A stretch of 64,000 nucleotides of DNA from an uncultured Gemmatimonadales bacterium (GCA_963821525.1 CAWGED010000008.1:64001-128000), one strand, 5' to 3'; numbered from the stretch's first letter, positions 1 through 10,786 are shown. Translations and numbers: made by a program. Notes: a model not told the origin generated them from the letters alone.

Positions 1-740
1 CCAAGAATTCGAGACGCCGCGATCAACCCGGTGGCGCCCAGCCGCTGTTCTGCGACTAACGCGACGACTAGCGTACCCTCGCCAGGGCTCGTGGCCGCCA
101 CGGCTGTGAGCATCGCGGCGCAGGCAGCCCTGCGCCCGACGGCCGGTCCCGATACCAAATCGTCGCCATACCAGCGCACACGCTTGGTCAGGGTCACCGG
201 GGAGAGCACCTGAACCCCGAGCCGCTCCACTTCCACACGGCTGGCCGCGCCGACATCTACCAGCGCGTCGTCCACCGTGAAGGGGTTTTCGCCGGTGTTC
301 CGTCCCCTGGTCAGGTGAACCGATCGCACCGCCACCACAGCCGGTACCTCTCCTCGGCGCCCGTTGATCGTCACTCGCTGGCCCTCCAGCTGCTGATCGA
401 ACAGCGGCCCGGGAGCGGAGCCAACCCGCCGGAGCGTCACGTAGCCATCATCCCGAATCCCTCCGACCACGTATCCCGGCTCGTCCATCGGACAGGCGAG
501 GAGGCGCTTCGGTGATCCGCTGCCCTGGGTCAGAATGACGTTGTCACTCCGGTCAATCACCGATCCCTTCAGCATCGCCCGCAATGACTGAGCGAATCCC
601 TGCTCGTAACCGGTGACGGCAGTCGCCTGGCCGAACTGGGTGATCAGATCTCGCAGCTTTGCGGATCCGGCATCCTGCGCCACGGAAGTGATGGGCAGTG
701 AAAATCCAAGGACAATCGACAAGAGCGCTGAGCGACGCAT
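1..740 (-). CDS. M42-family (FrvX/TET-like) peptidase-fold protein with signal peptide; partial, runs off the window edge; metal ligands look degenerate
   Basis: Absent from the ORF track (no stop in window). Hand translation from ATG 740: MRRSALLSIVLGFSLPITSVAQD...TAVTGYEQ...DRSDNVILTQGSGSPKRLLACPMDEPGYVVGGIRDDGYVTLRRVG...VDVGAASRVEVERLGVQV. This follows the M42 pattern (SGxE; D..GN; AHMDEIGxxV..I..DG; IDIGA.S.EE...GI). Confidence 0.8.
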   Translation of the reverse strand, partial: MRRSALLSIVLGFSLPITSVAQDAGSAKLRDLITQFGQATAVTGYEQGFAQSLRAMLKGSVIDRSDNVILTQGSGSPKRLLACPMDEPGYVVGGIRDDGYVTLRRVGSAPGPLFDQQLEGQRVTINGRRGEVPAVVAVRSVHLTRGRNTGENPFTVDDALVDVGAASRVEVERLGVQVLSPVTLTKRVRWYGDDLVSGPAVGRRAACAAMLTAVAATSPGEGTLVVALVAEQRLGATGLIAASRIL

Positions 741-898
741 GGAAAATCCCGGAGAGCGAAGGTGGCACAATCTGTTTCTGACCACGTCCCGGCGCCAGCG
801 ATCAGCGCGTAACCGTGCGACGTCTCGCGTCGCAACGATGGGGCACTTCAGCACTGGACGCCTATTCTCGGCGAAGTGACTCGACCCGGAAGGAAATT

Positions 899-1519
899 GT
901 GGGACTTGCCGTCTATTACAAACTCGGGCTCTCCGGCTTCAACACCCGCGCCTTCGCGACGCAGCGGCTGGAGGATCTTCGAAGGGGAATCGAAGGCCTC
1001 GGCGTGCTCGAGCTGACCAGAGTCTTGTCCTACGCGGGGCCCGACTGTGGTCCCGATGGAAGCGGCGCCTGGAGCAACCCGGGCGAGTTCCTCAAGACCT
1101 GTGCGTGGGGCCACCTCGACGATCCGGGAGCACCTCACCAGCTCATCTCTATCGATCCACTGGAGCTGATGGGATTTGTGGCGTGGATCGGGAGCCGGGT
1201 CGAGCCCCTGACGCTCGGCTTGGCTCGCTATCCCGAAGAGGTCCGCTGCGGCGGCCGCACCCTCCCGACCGGCCTCTCCGGCTGGCATTGGCACGCCAGC
1301 TGTAAGACTCACTATGCGAGGCTGCTGGGCTCGGAGCGATTTCTCGAGTCCCACCGCACCGTCATTTCCGCGCTCGATCTCGCCGAGGAGGTGGGTCTGA
1401 CTGTCGCGGTGCGGGACGAATCGGGATACGCCGACCACCGGGACGCCTCGCGGCTCCTCGCAGTTGCCGAAAGTGCGCTTCGTTATGGGCGACCCGGACC
1501 GGACCCGGCCCGGGTCTGA
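899..1519 (+). CDS. Hypothetical protein (~206 aa)
   Basis: ORF 815..1519; likely GTG start at 899 after GGAAGG. Globular-looking sequence with CKTHYA and VRDESGY motifs. Overlaps the AKR 3' end by 37 bp. Confidence 0.65.
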   Translation: MGLAVYYKLGLSGFNTRAFATQRLEDLRRGIEGLGVLELTRVLSYAGPDCGPDGSGAWSNPGEFLKTCAWGHLDDPGAPHQLISIDPLELMGFVAWIGSRVEPLTLGLARYPEEVRCGGRTLPTGLSGWHWHASCKTHYARLLGSERFLESHRTVISALDLAEEVGLTVAVRDESGYADHRDASRLLAVAESALRYGRPGPDPARV

Positions 1520-2487
1520 CGGATGGCTCCGGCAATGTCGTCGAGGTCCTGAGCGGTGAGCGTGGTTGTGGCGGCGGCGATCCAGCCGTCCACCTGTGTT
1601 GCCGAGCGTGCGCCGACGATCGCTCCGGTTACACCCGGCCAGCAGATGGTCCAGGCAACGGCAGCCGCGGCGATCGTGATTCCGTGCCGCTCCGCAATCG
1701 GTTTCAATGCGTCCCGCAGAGCCAGGTTCCGCTCCAGTCGCGGGGGCTGGAACTCCTCGGCTCGTCTCCGCCAGTCATCGGTGGCGAGCGCGGCCATACG
1801 CTCCGCCGAGAACCGGTCGGTCAGAAGCCCTGCCTGCATCGGGCTGTAACAGATCACCCCGGTCCGGTGGGATTTCGCCCACGGAATCACATCGGCAGCC
1901 GCTTCGCGGCGTATCATCGAAAAAGGAGGCTGCAGGGAAACCACATGGCGCATCCGCTCGCACCGGTCGAGCAGTTCCACGTCGAAATTGGACACCCCGG
2001 CGTGTCGCACCTTTCCTTCATCCACGAGCCGGCCCATCTCCGCCCACGAATCCTCGACCGGAGTACCGGCCTGGTCCGGCCAGTGGAATTGATAGAGATC
2101 GATGCGCTCGACGCCGAGGCGTCGGAGCGAGGCCTCACACTCCTTGCGGATCGACGCTGGACGTAACACCGACTGCGCGGGAGTCATCGGATGCTGGTCG
2201 TCCCACACCAGTCCACATTTGGTGAAGACGAGCGGCCGGTCCGCGGGAAGCAGCTCCTTGAGCAGTCGTCCGACGACGCGTTCGGAGTGTCCGTGACCGT
2301 ACACCGCCGCCGTATCGATCCAGTTCACACCAAGCTCGACCGCGTGTCGCATCGCGCTGAGCGATTCAGCGTCGTCCTGCTCACCCCAGCCGAAAGACCA
2401 TCCGCCGCCGCCAACGGCCCAGGCCCCGAAGCCGACAGTGCTGATCAACAGGTTGGTGTTGCCGAGAGGACGGGTAGGGAGGGGCAT
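1483..2487 (-). CDS. Aldo/keto reductase
   Basis: VGFGAW, WIDTAAVYGHGHSE, FTKCG, CEASLRRLGVERIDLYQFHWP, GVSNF, YSPMQAGLL motifs. ATG at 2487; the upstream ORF extension is heptamer repeat. Confidence 0.95.
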   Translation of the reverse strand: MPLPTRPLGNTNLLISTVGFGAWAVGGGGWSFGWGEQDDAESLSAMRHAVELGVNWIDTAAVYGHGHSERVVGRLLKELLPADRPLVFTKCGLVWDDQHPMTPAQSVLRPASIRKECEASLRRLGVERIDLYQFHWPDQAGTPVEDSWAEMGRLVDEGKVRHAGVSNFDVELLDRCERMRHVVSLQPPFSMIRREAAADVIPWAKSHRTGVICYSPMQAGLLTDRFSAERMAALATDDWRRRAEEFQPPRLERNLALRDALKPIAERHGITIAAAAVAWTICWPGVTGAIVGARSATQVDGWIAAATTTLTAQDLDDIAGAIRQTRAGSGPGRP

Positions 2488-2584
2488 TGAGAATTGGTAA
2501 TTGAGAATTGGTAATTGATAATTGAAGATTGAAGATTGAAGATTGAAGATTTGCAATTACAAATTACAAATTCCCAATACAAAT
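2488..2584. repeat. Intergenic heptamer tandem array (TGAAGAT/TGGTAAT units, then TACAAAT units)
   Basis: tgagaat tggtaat tgagaat tggtaat tgataat tgaagat x4 ... tacaaat x2; an AT-rich patch between pbpC and AKR. Confidence 0.9.
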
Positions 2585-2589
2585 CCCCT

Positions 2590-4930
2590 TCACTCTACAA
2601 TAACCTCCACCTCATCGCTCGCGCGTCCAGCCTCCGCCCGGAACCGGTGGTGGCCCGACACTAGCTCCCAACGTTCCTTTGTCGCGAGCTTGCCGTCAAT
2701 GAACCAGGTCACCCGCGCAAGGGGAGGCGCTCCAGTAGCCCTGAGGGCAATGGTGGCGTACCGCGATTCAACGCCCGGCGGCAGCCGGTAGCGATCCCCG
2801 TTCTGGGGCGAGACGATCTGGAAGGGCGGCTCGACGGCTTGGCGGCTAGTCGGCTCGGCATGAGTGGCATGCTCACCGAAGTCAGCCCAAGAGCCGAGCC
2901 GTCGAGCGGCCGAGCCGCCGGGCCGACTTGCCGCCGAGCCGCCGAGCCGTTCACTCTCCGTTCCCTCCCAATCGGCATACTCCGCAGGCAAGACCAGCAG
3001 ACCATCCCGATGCCAGTCGCACCGCTCTTGAGGCACTACATCGGGCATGAACCACTCGACCATGCCGGGACAATCCTTGGTCGCCAGCATGCCGGAGACC
3101 TTACAGATGCGCACCGCAACCGCTCCGGCATCGGCGGGATGCGCCAATTCGCCTGGCGGGTAACGACGTGCCACCAGCAGGAGTGCGCGATGGAGCAGCG
3201 GTCCCGCACCAGTGACACCGCTCACTCCTTCCATCGGCCGGCCGCTGAAGTTTCCCGCCCAGACCGCGACCGTGAAGTTGGCGGTTGTGCCGACCGCCCA
3301 GTTGTCCGTGAAATGCCGGCTGGTCCCACTCTTCGCGGCGACGCGGAACGGCAAATCGAAAGGTGTGTTGAGTCCGAAGGCCGGTACCCGTGCGACCGGG
3401 TCGCTCAGGATATCGAGCACCAGAGCAGGCCGCCCCCGCGGAAACGAAGCGCCGCTCGGGGCCGCCAAGGTTCGCCGAAGATGTGGGGACGGCACGCCAG
3501 GTATAGGGTCGCCAGACACCACCGTTAGCCAATCCCCGATAGCCATTGGCCAGTTCGAGCAATGTGACATCTCCATTCCCCAACGCGAGTCCCAGTCCGT
3601 AGAAGTCCGCGCTGCGCGACAAGGAACCGAAGCCCGCCTCCTGCAATCCATGCAGCAAGGTTCCGAATCCGATCCGATCCGCAACCTCCACCGCCGGGAC
3701 ATTGTAGGAGCTGCCGAGTGCCTCGCGCACCCGCACCGGGCCGTGATAGATGCGATCGTAGTTCCGGGGATGATATGGCCCGCCCGAGGTCTGATAGGTG
3801 CGGGATATGTCGGCAAGAACAGAAGCCGGGGTGAGTCCGCGATCGAATCCCAGCGCATAGAGAAACGGCTTGAGCGCGGATCCGGGCTGGCGGACATTGA
3901 CCACCATATCTACCTGGCCCGCGGTATCGGCCCAGAAATCAGGAGACCCGACCCAGGCGAGGATCTCTCCGGTCCGGTTGTCCACCACCACCGTGGCCGC
4001 GTGCTTCACGCCGCGGTCTGCGAGCTGCTGCACCGTGTGACGGACTTCGGCTTCCAACTCCGCCTGCAGATCGAGATCGAGTGAAGTCCGCCACTTCCCG
4101 CTGAAGGCGACGCCATCACGCTCGGCCCATTGCAGAACCCGACTCGTAAAGTGCGGCGCCAGGAACCGGTTGGCCGGATCTTCACCGAGCAGGGGCTCGG
4201 CTTCGGCACGAGACGTCTCTTCGACAGTCGCGTAACCTGTAGCCGCAAGCTGCTGCAGGCCGAGTGCGCGGCGCTCGGCTGCTTTCGATGGGGATACCAG
4301 CGGATTCTGTCCCGATGGTGCTCTGGCGAGTGCTGCCAGCAGCGCCGCCTGGCCCAGGCTCACCTGAGAGGCGGAGGCGCCGAAGTAGAGCGCGCTCGCC
4401 GCACTCACTCCGATCGTGCCTTCGCCCAGAGGAACCCGATTCAGATACTGCTCGAGGATCTGTTGCTTGGAGAGGTGGTGCTCGAGCCGCAGCGCCCAGA
4501 TCGCCTGACGAAGCTTCCCGCCCCAGCCGCGATCGATCGGGAGAAGGAGCCGCGCCAGCTGCATCGTGATGGTCGAGGCGCCCGACACCACCCGGCGACG
4601 CCGGAGGTTGTCGCGAAACGCTCGGCCAATCGACCGGGGATCAACCCCCTGGTGTTGATAGAACCGGCGATCCTCGATCGCGATGAACGCACGGAGCAGA
4701 TCGGGATCCATCTGATCCAGCGGCATCCATTGGGTCAGGCTGCCGTCGCCGGCGCGAGTCGAGCGCAGCACTAAATCGTGCCGGTCGGTGATGGTAAGAC
4801 TCTGATGACCGGTGGCGGTCAACAATTGATCGGCCAGCGGCAGTGCGACCCAGAACCCGAGTCCCCCAATCAGGAGCAGCGTCAGTGCCGCGGTCGCAAT
4901 GCACGCGCGACGCACCGCTCTACCGCTCAC
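2590..4930 (-). CDS. pbpC: Penicillin-binding protein 1C; 1-bp frameshift near 3430, probably sequencing error
   Basis: Transglycosylase motifs EDRRFYQHQGVD and GASTITMQLAR; transpeptidase motifs GSALKPF, SYN, then KSGT in the second frame (ORF 2590..3897); C-terminal PBP1C domain; directly downstream of alpha-2-macroglobulin. Confidence 0.92.
2825..2950. repeat. Palindromic octamer array (GGCGGCTC x4 / GAGCCGCC x7) inserted in-frame in pbpC
   Basis: Left arm ggcggctc gacggctt ggcggcta gtcggctc (2825-2856). Right arm gagccgtc gagcggcc gagccgcc gggccgac ttgccgcc gagccgcc gagccgt (2896-2950). The consensus units are reverse complements. Confidence 0.85.
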
Positions 4931-7900
4931 TTTCTTTCCACAGTGAACACTCCACCGTCGCTGCGACCGTACACCGCCGGGTTATACATCTCTTCGGCAT
5001 GAGCCGGAGGACGGACGAAGACGCCAGGTGTCGTTGCTCTCGCAACGTAGCTCGCGGTGTAGGTCCCTTTCCACAGCACGGTCGCGAAGTAGACCACCCG
5101 CTCGTCCCGCATTTCCCGGTGGTCGAACGGCGACCACCACCCGCTGTCCCAACTCCCGTAGTACCAGTAGTAGTCACCCTCTCCCTCCGGCGTACCCTCA
5201 CTCCCTTCGTCGTACTCCGTCCCCTCCTGGTCTACCGCGTTGGCTCCCACATAGTCGACCTGTTGTCCGACCCCTGGCCCAGGTATTCCTCCGGCAGTGC
5301 GCAGGCTGAGATCCACCGCCTCGAGTCCCGCTGGCAAGGCATCGTCCAGTACCACGAATTGGCGGTCGCTCGGCACCTTGAGCCGCAGACGCACCCGTAC
5401 CAGGTCGCCTTCCTTGACACTCGTCACCGGCTTGCCGCCATCCAGAGTCTCATACCAGCGCTCGACCTGAATTCCCTCATCCTCCGGATTGACCGGCCGC
5501 TCGCGGGGAACCTCGTGAACGGTGAGGTAGTAGTACAGCGGCGCGCCTTTGCCGGTCGCGGCCAGTGAGAGCGGAACTCTCAGCTTGCCGTCGGAGGTGG
5601 AACGGTCGAGATCGGAGAGTGAAACGCTGGAGTCCCTCACCAGTGCGCCACCGGCCTTGTATCCGAGCACGGTGCGGTTCGCGCTGGTGACCCTGATCTC
5701 CCGCGAAGCTCCGGCGCGGACGTGGCGATCGAAGGCCACGAGCCCGCTGACGACCGCGGCATAGTCCTGAGTGTTCCAGTCATCGAGCAGACCGGCCTTC
5801 CCCTGTTGGACCAGCGTTTCCACCAGAGGACCGATGAGAGCATTGCTTGAATCCACAGCCAGTGTTGCGGTGAGCAGGCGCGCGGTAGGACGGACTCGAC
5901 TGTAGAAGTAGTGGAAGCGCGGCAGGGCCTCATCCGGCATTACCGCGCGGCGTCCTTCAATCCGAACCGTGCGCCAGGTCGGTTCCAGAAGACTGCGCGC
6001 CGCTTTTACCGCCTTGCGGCGAGCCAGAACCTCGGCGAGCCGAGCGCGATCTTCCCATCCGAGCTGCGGTGCATTCCGGAGCAGCTCGTTTTCCGACGCT
6101 ACGTCCGGTTTGCCGAGCCGGCTCAGGTAATCCACCGCCGCGACCTGGTCACTGAGTCTGGCCTGGACCGCCTGGTACCAACCGACCACCGGTGCGCGAA
6201 TCGGCTGGGGATTCTTGAGGTTGTTTCGCAGATACTCGCCAAGCCGTGCGAGCACCGAATCGTCCACTTCCACTCCGGCAGCTCTGGCGTCAAGCAGCGT
6301 GAGACCGGCATAAGCGCTGAGCCAGGGCGTGGTCCAGTTGGTGGCGTTCCAGAAGCCGATTCCACCGTCGGAACGCTGACGCCGCGACAGAATCGCAACC
6401 GCGGTCTCGATCTCCCCCTTCGGATTTCCCTTCAGCAGCTTGAGGCCCGCCTGCTTCTCGGCGCGATAGAGCGCGATGATCGGCTGGGCCGAGCTGGATA
6501 CCTGCTCGCTGCATCCATAGGGATAGACCCGGAGCGCCCACTCGATGCCCTTGATCACTGCGAGTGGGGAGGAGCCCAGGTTCAGTTCCAGGCGAGAGCG
6601 TGCAGGATCGATCTCATCGGGGAGCAGGAACTCGACCTCGGCACTGTCTACCAGCACACCGGTTACGGTCCAGGCACGCGGTCTGAACGAAGGCTTGACC
6701 GGCAGGCGTTGCTGGACCGCATCCGCATCACCGGCCCCGGTGACTTGGAATCGGAAAGTCGAGCTGTCGGCGCCGAGTGGATCAGTGCCGGGCTGGCGGA
6801 AGTCGAAGCGAACTTCGCGTCCGCGACCCGCTTCCAATTTCGCCTGCTGGGAGGCCTTGGATCCGAGCGTGCTTCCTTCTGCCTCCGCCTGAACCGTAAC
6901 TAACGGAGTGCCGCCGGCTCGCTGGTTGACGACGACCCCTGCGGAGAATTGGTCGCCCTCTCGGAGGAAGCGAGGCAAGGCTGGGCGTGCCAGCAGGGGG
7001 CGGGTGACCAGCAGCGGCGATTCGCCGTGACCATAGCGGTCGCCGGCGGTTACCGCGACGGCCATGACACGGAAAGTCGTGAGATTGTCAGGGAGCTTGG
7101 CCTTCGCAACGGCATTTCCGCTGCTGTCGGTCACGACGCTCCCAAGGAAGAATGCCGTGCTCTTGAATCGGGAGCGGAGGATGTCACTCTCGCCCAGACC
7201 GCCGCCGCCACCGGGCGAGCGGCCACCCTTCTCACCCTCGGGGACCTGGGGAGCGACGGTGGTGATGTTGCTCGCGAGCCGAAGCCCGAGTCCCCGCGGT
7301 GAATAGAGAAGATCAATTGGGTCGGGCGTCTGGTACCGCGTCAGGGCCAGCACGCCCTGGTCCACGGCCCACAGCGTCACCTCGGCGCGCTGCCCCCCAG
7401 CCTCCTGGTCCGCGACCTTGAGCCGGACCCGCGCCGTGTCTCCGGGGCGATACTCAGCATGCTCCGGACTCACTTCGAGTCGAAGCCGCTTCACCTCCGG
7501 CGTGACCCGCAGCTCGGCATAGCCGACCCGAATCGTCGGACGGCCCGGATCATCGAGCGGCCCCGGGGGCGCGCTCCGCCCGCGGGCGACCAGCACCGAA
7601 ACGAAGGCGTTGGGAGGATACTTCTCGGTGATCGGGAACTTGAGAGTGGTGGAACCCGCGGTGAGCTTGAGGCGGCGCTGCTCGATGAGCCCTTCCCGCT
7701 CCACGGTCACCCACGCCTCGGCGTCGGTGAACGGGGAGGCAAAGAGCACAGTCGCCGTGTCTCCTACGCTGTAGCGGCTGCGATCGGGAACCAGATCCAT
7801 CTTGAACTGGCTCTCGTCGTTCCACGGTACCCAGTCCTTCCCAGTGGCCCAGCGATAGAAATTGGTGGAGACCGCGCGCCCGCGACTGTCGGTCGCCGTC

Positions 7901-10692
7901 AGGTTCACGATGTAGGTCCCGCCCGCTGAAGGCGTGAAGTCGCAGTTGACCGATTCGGTCGCTGTTGTCACTGCGCAGCGTCCCACCGTGTCTGACACCC
8001 ACTCGCCGTAGACCTCGCTGTATCCACCTCGCTCGCGATGCACTCGATGCCATTCACGCCGGGTGAGCACCGCATCCACTTTCACGCGTGGCACGGGGCG
8101 GCCGTCCGGTCGCACGGCTCGCACGGCGACCTGTTCCCTGGTGCCCGCGCTCCAGAAATAAGCATCGCCCAGCGGTTTCGCAGCGAGGTAGAAGTCGGCG
8201 GGGTGAACGATCACGCTGGTTACAGCCGAGCTGGTTTGCCGATTGACATCGGTGACGGTGGCTTCGAGGGCCGCGCGCGCGGCTCGACCCTTGGGAGGAG
8301 TCTCGAGCGGAATCCGTACTACTGCGCGGCCGGAGGGATCCAGAGTGTCGGTCCCCTGTGCCGTGACTTGAACCGTGCTGCGGGGTTCATAGTCCTCGTA
8401 CCACCAACCGTTGTCGCCGACGAAGTAGCCTTCGGTTCCGGGAATGTTCAGTTCCCACGATTCGAGCGAGGTCTGACGCGCGATCCAGGAGAGTGCGGCG
8501 CGACCCATCGGCGCCCCGAACAGGTATCGGGCTTCGATCTTCGCCGTGAGCGTGTCGCCGGGGAGACGGGGCGCACTGTCGGCGTTCACATCCACCAGGA
8601 ATTCGGGAGGTCGATACTCCGCGACCCGATACGCCGTGCGAGCCAGGTCCGACCACTGCCCCCCTCGGCGAATCTGGACTCGAACCTCGTACGAGCCGAG
8701 GGCCAGGCCGGCGGGGAGCGTCAGAGTCTGATCGCTGGTCCCGAAGGGAGAAAGCGAGACGGTTTTTTCCTTGAGGCTACCACCTTCGCGATCGGCAAAG
8801 ATCCACTTGAGGCTGTCGCCTCGCGCTGGTACGGCTAGTTGGCCCAGCGGCCCGGTGCGAACGATTGCCTTGGCGTAGAGCGGCTCACCGGGCCGGTAGA
8901 TCCCTCGCTCGGTGAAGACGGCTGCAGCCGCGGGGAGACGGTCCTGCCCCCAGGCGCTCCCGACATTGAATCGCCAGGGACTCAGGTCCGGATCATACTG
9001 GCTGATGCTGGTGATCGCGCGATCGGTGCCGAGGGTCGCGACCACGTAGCCCTCGAAGCTGGTGTATCCCTCGGTCGTGCTGTCGGGCTTGAACGCCGGG
9101 AAGGTGGCAACGCCGTCGGGGCCGGATCGCACGGTCGCCTTACGCACCCCCTTTGCGTCATACAAGGCGACGGTTGCCCCGGCCTTCGGCTTCCCGTCCG
9201 CGATTCCCGTCACCCACGCGACCCCACCGGTGAGCCCGATGCGGGCGTGAAGGCCAAGGTCAGTCACCTGCACGATCGCAATCGGCATGTTGGCGCGATA
9301 GGTGCTGTCGAGTCGCTGGCTGGTCACCCGCAAGACCTGTAGCGTTGTCGCGCCGGCGCGCCCCGCGCTCGCGGGCTGCAGCTTCACGCCAAAGATCCTG
9401 ACCTTATCCCTCTCCCCCGTCACGGGCACCTTGCGCTTCACCGCACGCGCCATGACTCGCGCCATGGTACTGTCGTCCCGATCCCAGCGGTTGTACTGGA
9501 GAACCTTCGATTCGAGCGTAATTGGAACGGCGGCGGTCTCGACGACGAGCGTGTCCACATTCACGTACTTGACTGCCAGGGTGCGAAAACCATTTCGCTC
9601 CACTGTAAGGCGACCGTACTCATACTCGACAAGCGGAGCGAAGCCCGTCGTCTGCAACCCCGAGGCCGGGTTGCCAGTGAGTCGCTGGCCGAATATGTCA
9701 CGCATCGCCGTGTCCGCGACAACGGCGTATCCGGTGTTCGGCGTGAGGGTGGTCTCCAGGTACCAGGTGGGAGACTCGTCCGTGGTGTCGGGAATTGTGA
9801 ACGGCACCGCGGGCAGGAGTTGAATGCGACGCTGAACTTCGCTGCCCCTGACCGGGGTGGTGAAGTTCACCCGGACGCCGCCGGTGGGGCAGAACGGGCC
9901 GCCGCTGCACAGCGCCGAATCCATTCTGAAGGGGCCGTAGGTGTAGAATCGCCAACGGAGAAACGGCTTGGTCGCCTCGGGATCCACTACCGACGGCACC
10001 ACCAACTCGCCGGCGCAGTTATAAGGCAGCGCGCTTTCGGGCGTGAAGGTCACCACCCGTCGCAGAGGATCCGTCGCGCGGTTCCGGTCCCATGCTCCGG
10101 CCTCTCGATACTGCCAGGGATCCTTGTCGTTGATTGTCCGCTGCCCGGTGATCTTGAGCCGGACGACTCCTGCCGTCTGACAAGCCTTGTCGAACTCCAG
10201 GTAGGCGAGGTCTCGCGGGTTCGATACCTCGAGCTCGGAGCTGAAGACGACGTCGAACGTAGCTTGGGGGCCGAGGAACCGCGGGTGCTCCTCCGCGCTC
10301 ACCGGCAGCCCGCCGATCGCGGCAGGCCCGCTCACCTCGAAACTGAACTGGAACGGCTGGGCCAACCGGCTTCCATCCATCGCCTCGAAGCGATCGGCAA
10401 CTGTCACCTTGTAGCTGCTGCCCGGCTTGAGAGGCTTGGCCGGTACGAGGCGGAGTGTGACAGGATCCCGCCACTCCAACTTCCCTTCAATGGTCGGTTC
10501 AGTCCGGAAGATCGAAGCGGCATCCACCGTGCGGTCGAGCGATCCAGCCACCGGACGATCGAACGTCACCGTGATTTGCGCGGTTGGCGTCGCCTCTCCC
10601 ATCGGCGAGTAGCGCAGGACCTGGAGGTTCGAGGGTGGAGCAACAGCCACCGCGGCCAGGACCACCACGGAGAGCAGTCGGGGTGACAGCAT
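4927..10692 (-). CDS. Bacterial alpha-2-macroglobulin (YfhM-like)
   Basis: 1921 aa; signal peptide; Ig-like N-terminus; FTERGIYRPGE (MG2); LPDNLTTFRVMAVA; thioester motif YPYGCSEQ; C-terminal AEEMYNP; paired with pbpC. Confidence 0.95.
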   Translation of the reverse strand: MLSPRLLSVVVLAAVAVAPPSNLQVLRYSPMGEATPTAQITVTFDRPVAGSLDRTVDAASIFRTEPTIEGKLEWRDPVTLRLVPAKPLKPGSSYKVTVADRFEAMDGSRLAQPFQFSFEVSGPAAIGGLPVSAEEHPRFLGPQATFDVVFSSELEVSNPRDLAYLEFDKACQTAGVVRLKITGQRTINDKDPWQYREAGAWDRNRATDPLRRVVTFTPESALPYNCAGELVVPSVVDPEATKPFLRWRFYTYGPFRMDSALCSGGPFCPTGGVRVNFTTPVRGSEVQRRIQLLPAVPFTIPDTTDESPTWYLETTLTPNTGYAVVADTAMRDIFGQRLTGNPASGLQTTGFAPLVEYEYGRLTVERNGFRTLAVKYVNVDTLVVETAAVPITLESKVLQYNRWDRDDSTMARVMARAVKRKVPVTGERDKVRIFGVKLQPASAGRAGATTLQVLRVTSQRLDSTYRANMPIAIVQVTDLGLHARIGLTGGVAWVTGIADGKPKAGATVALYDAKGVRKATVRSGPDGVATFPAFKPDSTTEGYTSFEGYVVATLGTDRAITSISQYDPDLSPWRFNVGSAWGQDRLPAAAAVFTERGIYRPGEPLYAKAIVRTGPLGQLAVPARGDSLKWIFADREGGSLKEKTVSLSPFGTSDQTLTLPAGLALGSYEVRVQIRRGGQWSDLARTAYRVAEYRPPEFLVDVNADSAPRLPGDTLTAKIEARYLFGAPMGRAALSWIARQTSLESWELNIPGTEGYFVGDNGWWYEDYEPRSTVQVTAQGTDTLDPSGRAVVRIPLETPPKGRAARAALEATVTDVNRQTSSAVTSVIVHPADFYLAAKPLGDAYFWSAGTREQVAVRAVRPDGRPVPRVKVDAVLTRREWHRVHRERGGYSEVYGEWVSDTVGRCAVTTATESVNCDFTPSAGGTYIVNLTATDSRGRAVSTNFYRWATGKDWVPWNDESQFKMDLVPDRSRYSVGDTATVLFASPFTDAEAWVTVEREGLIEQRRLKLTAGSTTLKFPITEKYPPNAFVSVLVARGRSAPPGPLDDPGRPTIRVGYAELRVTPEVKRLRLEVSPEHAEYRPGDTARVRLKVADQEAGGQRAEVTLWAVDQGVLALTRYQTPDPIDLLYSPRGLGLRLASNITTVAPQVPEGEKGGRSPGGGGGLGESDILRSRFKSTAFFLGSVVTDSSGNAVAKAKLPDNLTTFRVMAVAVTAGDRYGHGESPLLVTRPLLARPALPRFLREGDQFSAGVVVNQRAGGTPLVTVQAEAEGSTLGSKASQQAKLEAGRGREVRFDFRQPGTDPLGADSSTFRFQVTGAGDADAVQQRLPVKPSFRPRAWTVTGVLVDSAEVEFLLPDEIDPARSRLELNLGSSPLAVIKGIEWALRVYPYGCSEQVSSSAQPIIALYRAEKQAGLKLLKGNPKGEIETAVAILSRRQRSDGGIGFWNATNWTTPWLSAYAGLTLLDARAAGVEVDDSVLARLGEYLRNNLKNPQPIRAPVVGWYQAVQARLSDQVAAVDYLSRLGKPDVASENELLRNAPQLGWEDRARLAEVLARRKAVKAARSLLEPTWRTVRIEGRRAVMPDEALPRFHYFYSRVRPTARLLTATLAVDSSNALIGPLVETLVQQGKAGLLDDWNTQDYAAVVSGLVAFDRHVRAGASREIRVTSANRTVLGYKAGGALVRDSSVSLSDLDRSTSDGKLRVPLSLAATGKGAPLYYYLTVHEVPRERPVNPEDEGIQVERWYETLDGGKPVTSVKEGDLVRVRLRLKVPSDRQFVVLDDALPAGLEAVDLSLRTAGGIPGPGVGQQVDYVGANAVDQEGTEYDEGSEGTPEGEGDYYWYYGSWDSGWWSPFDHREMRDERVVYFATVLWKGTYTASYVARATTPGVFVRPPAHAEEMYNPAVYGRSDGGVFTVERK

Positions 10693-10786
10693 GGGGGAGA
10701 GCCTTTTCCGGCGAGGATGTTCGCCGGAAGATTGCTCTCCCTTCTCGAAGGGTCAATGAGGGTTCTGCGCAGTGTAGGAGGGGCGC

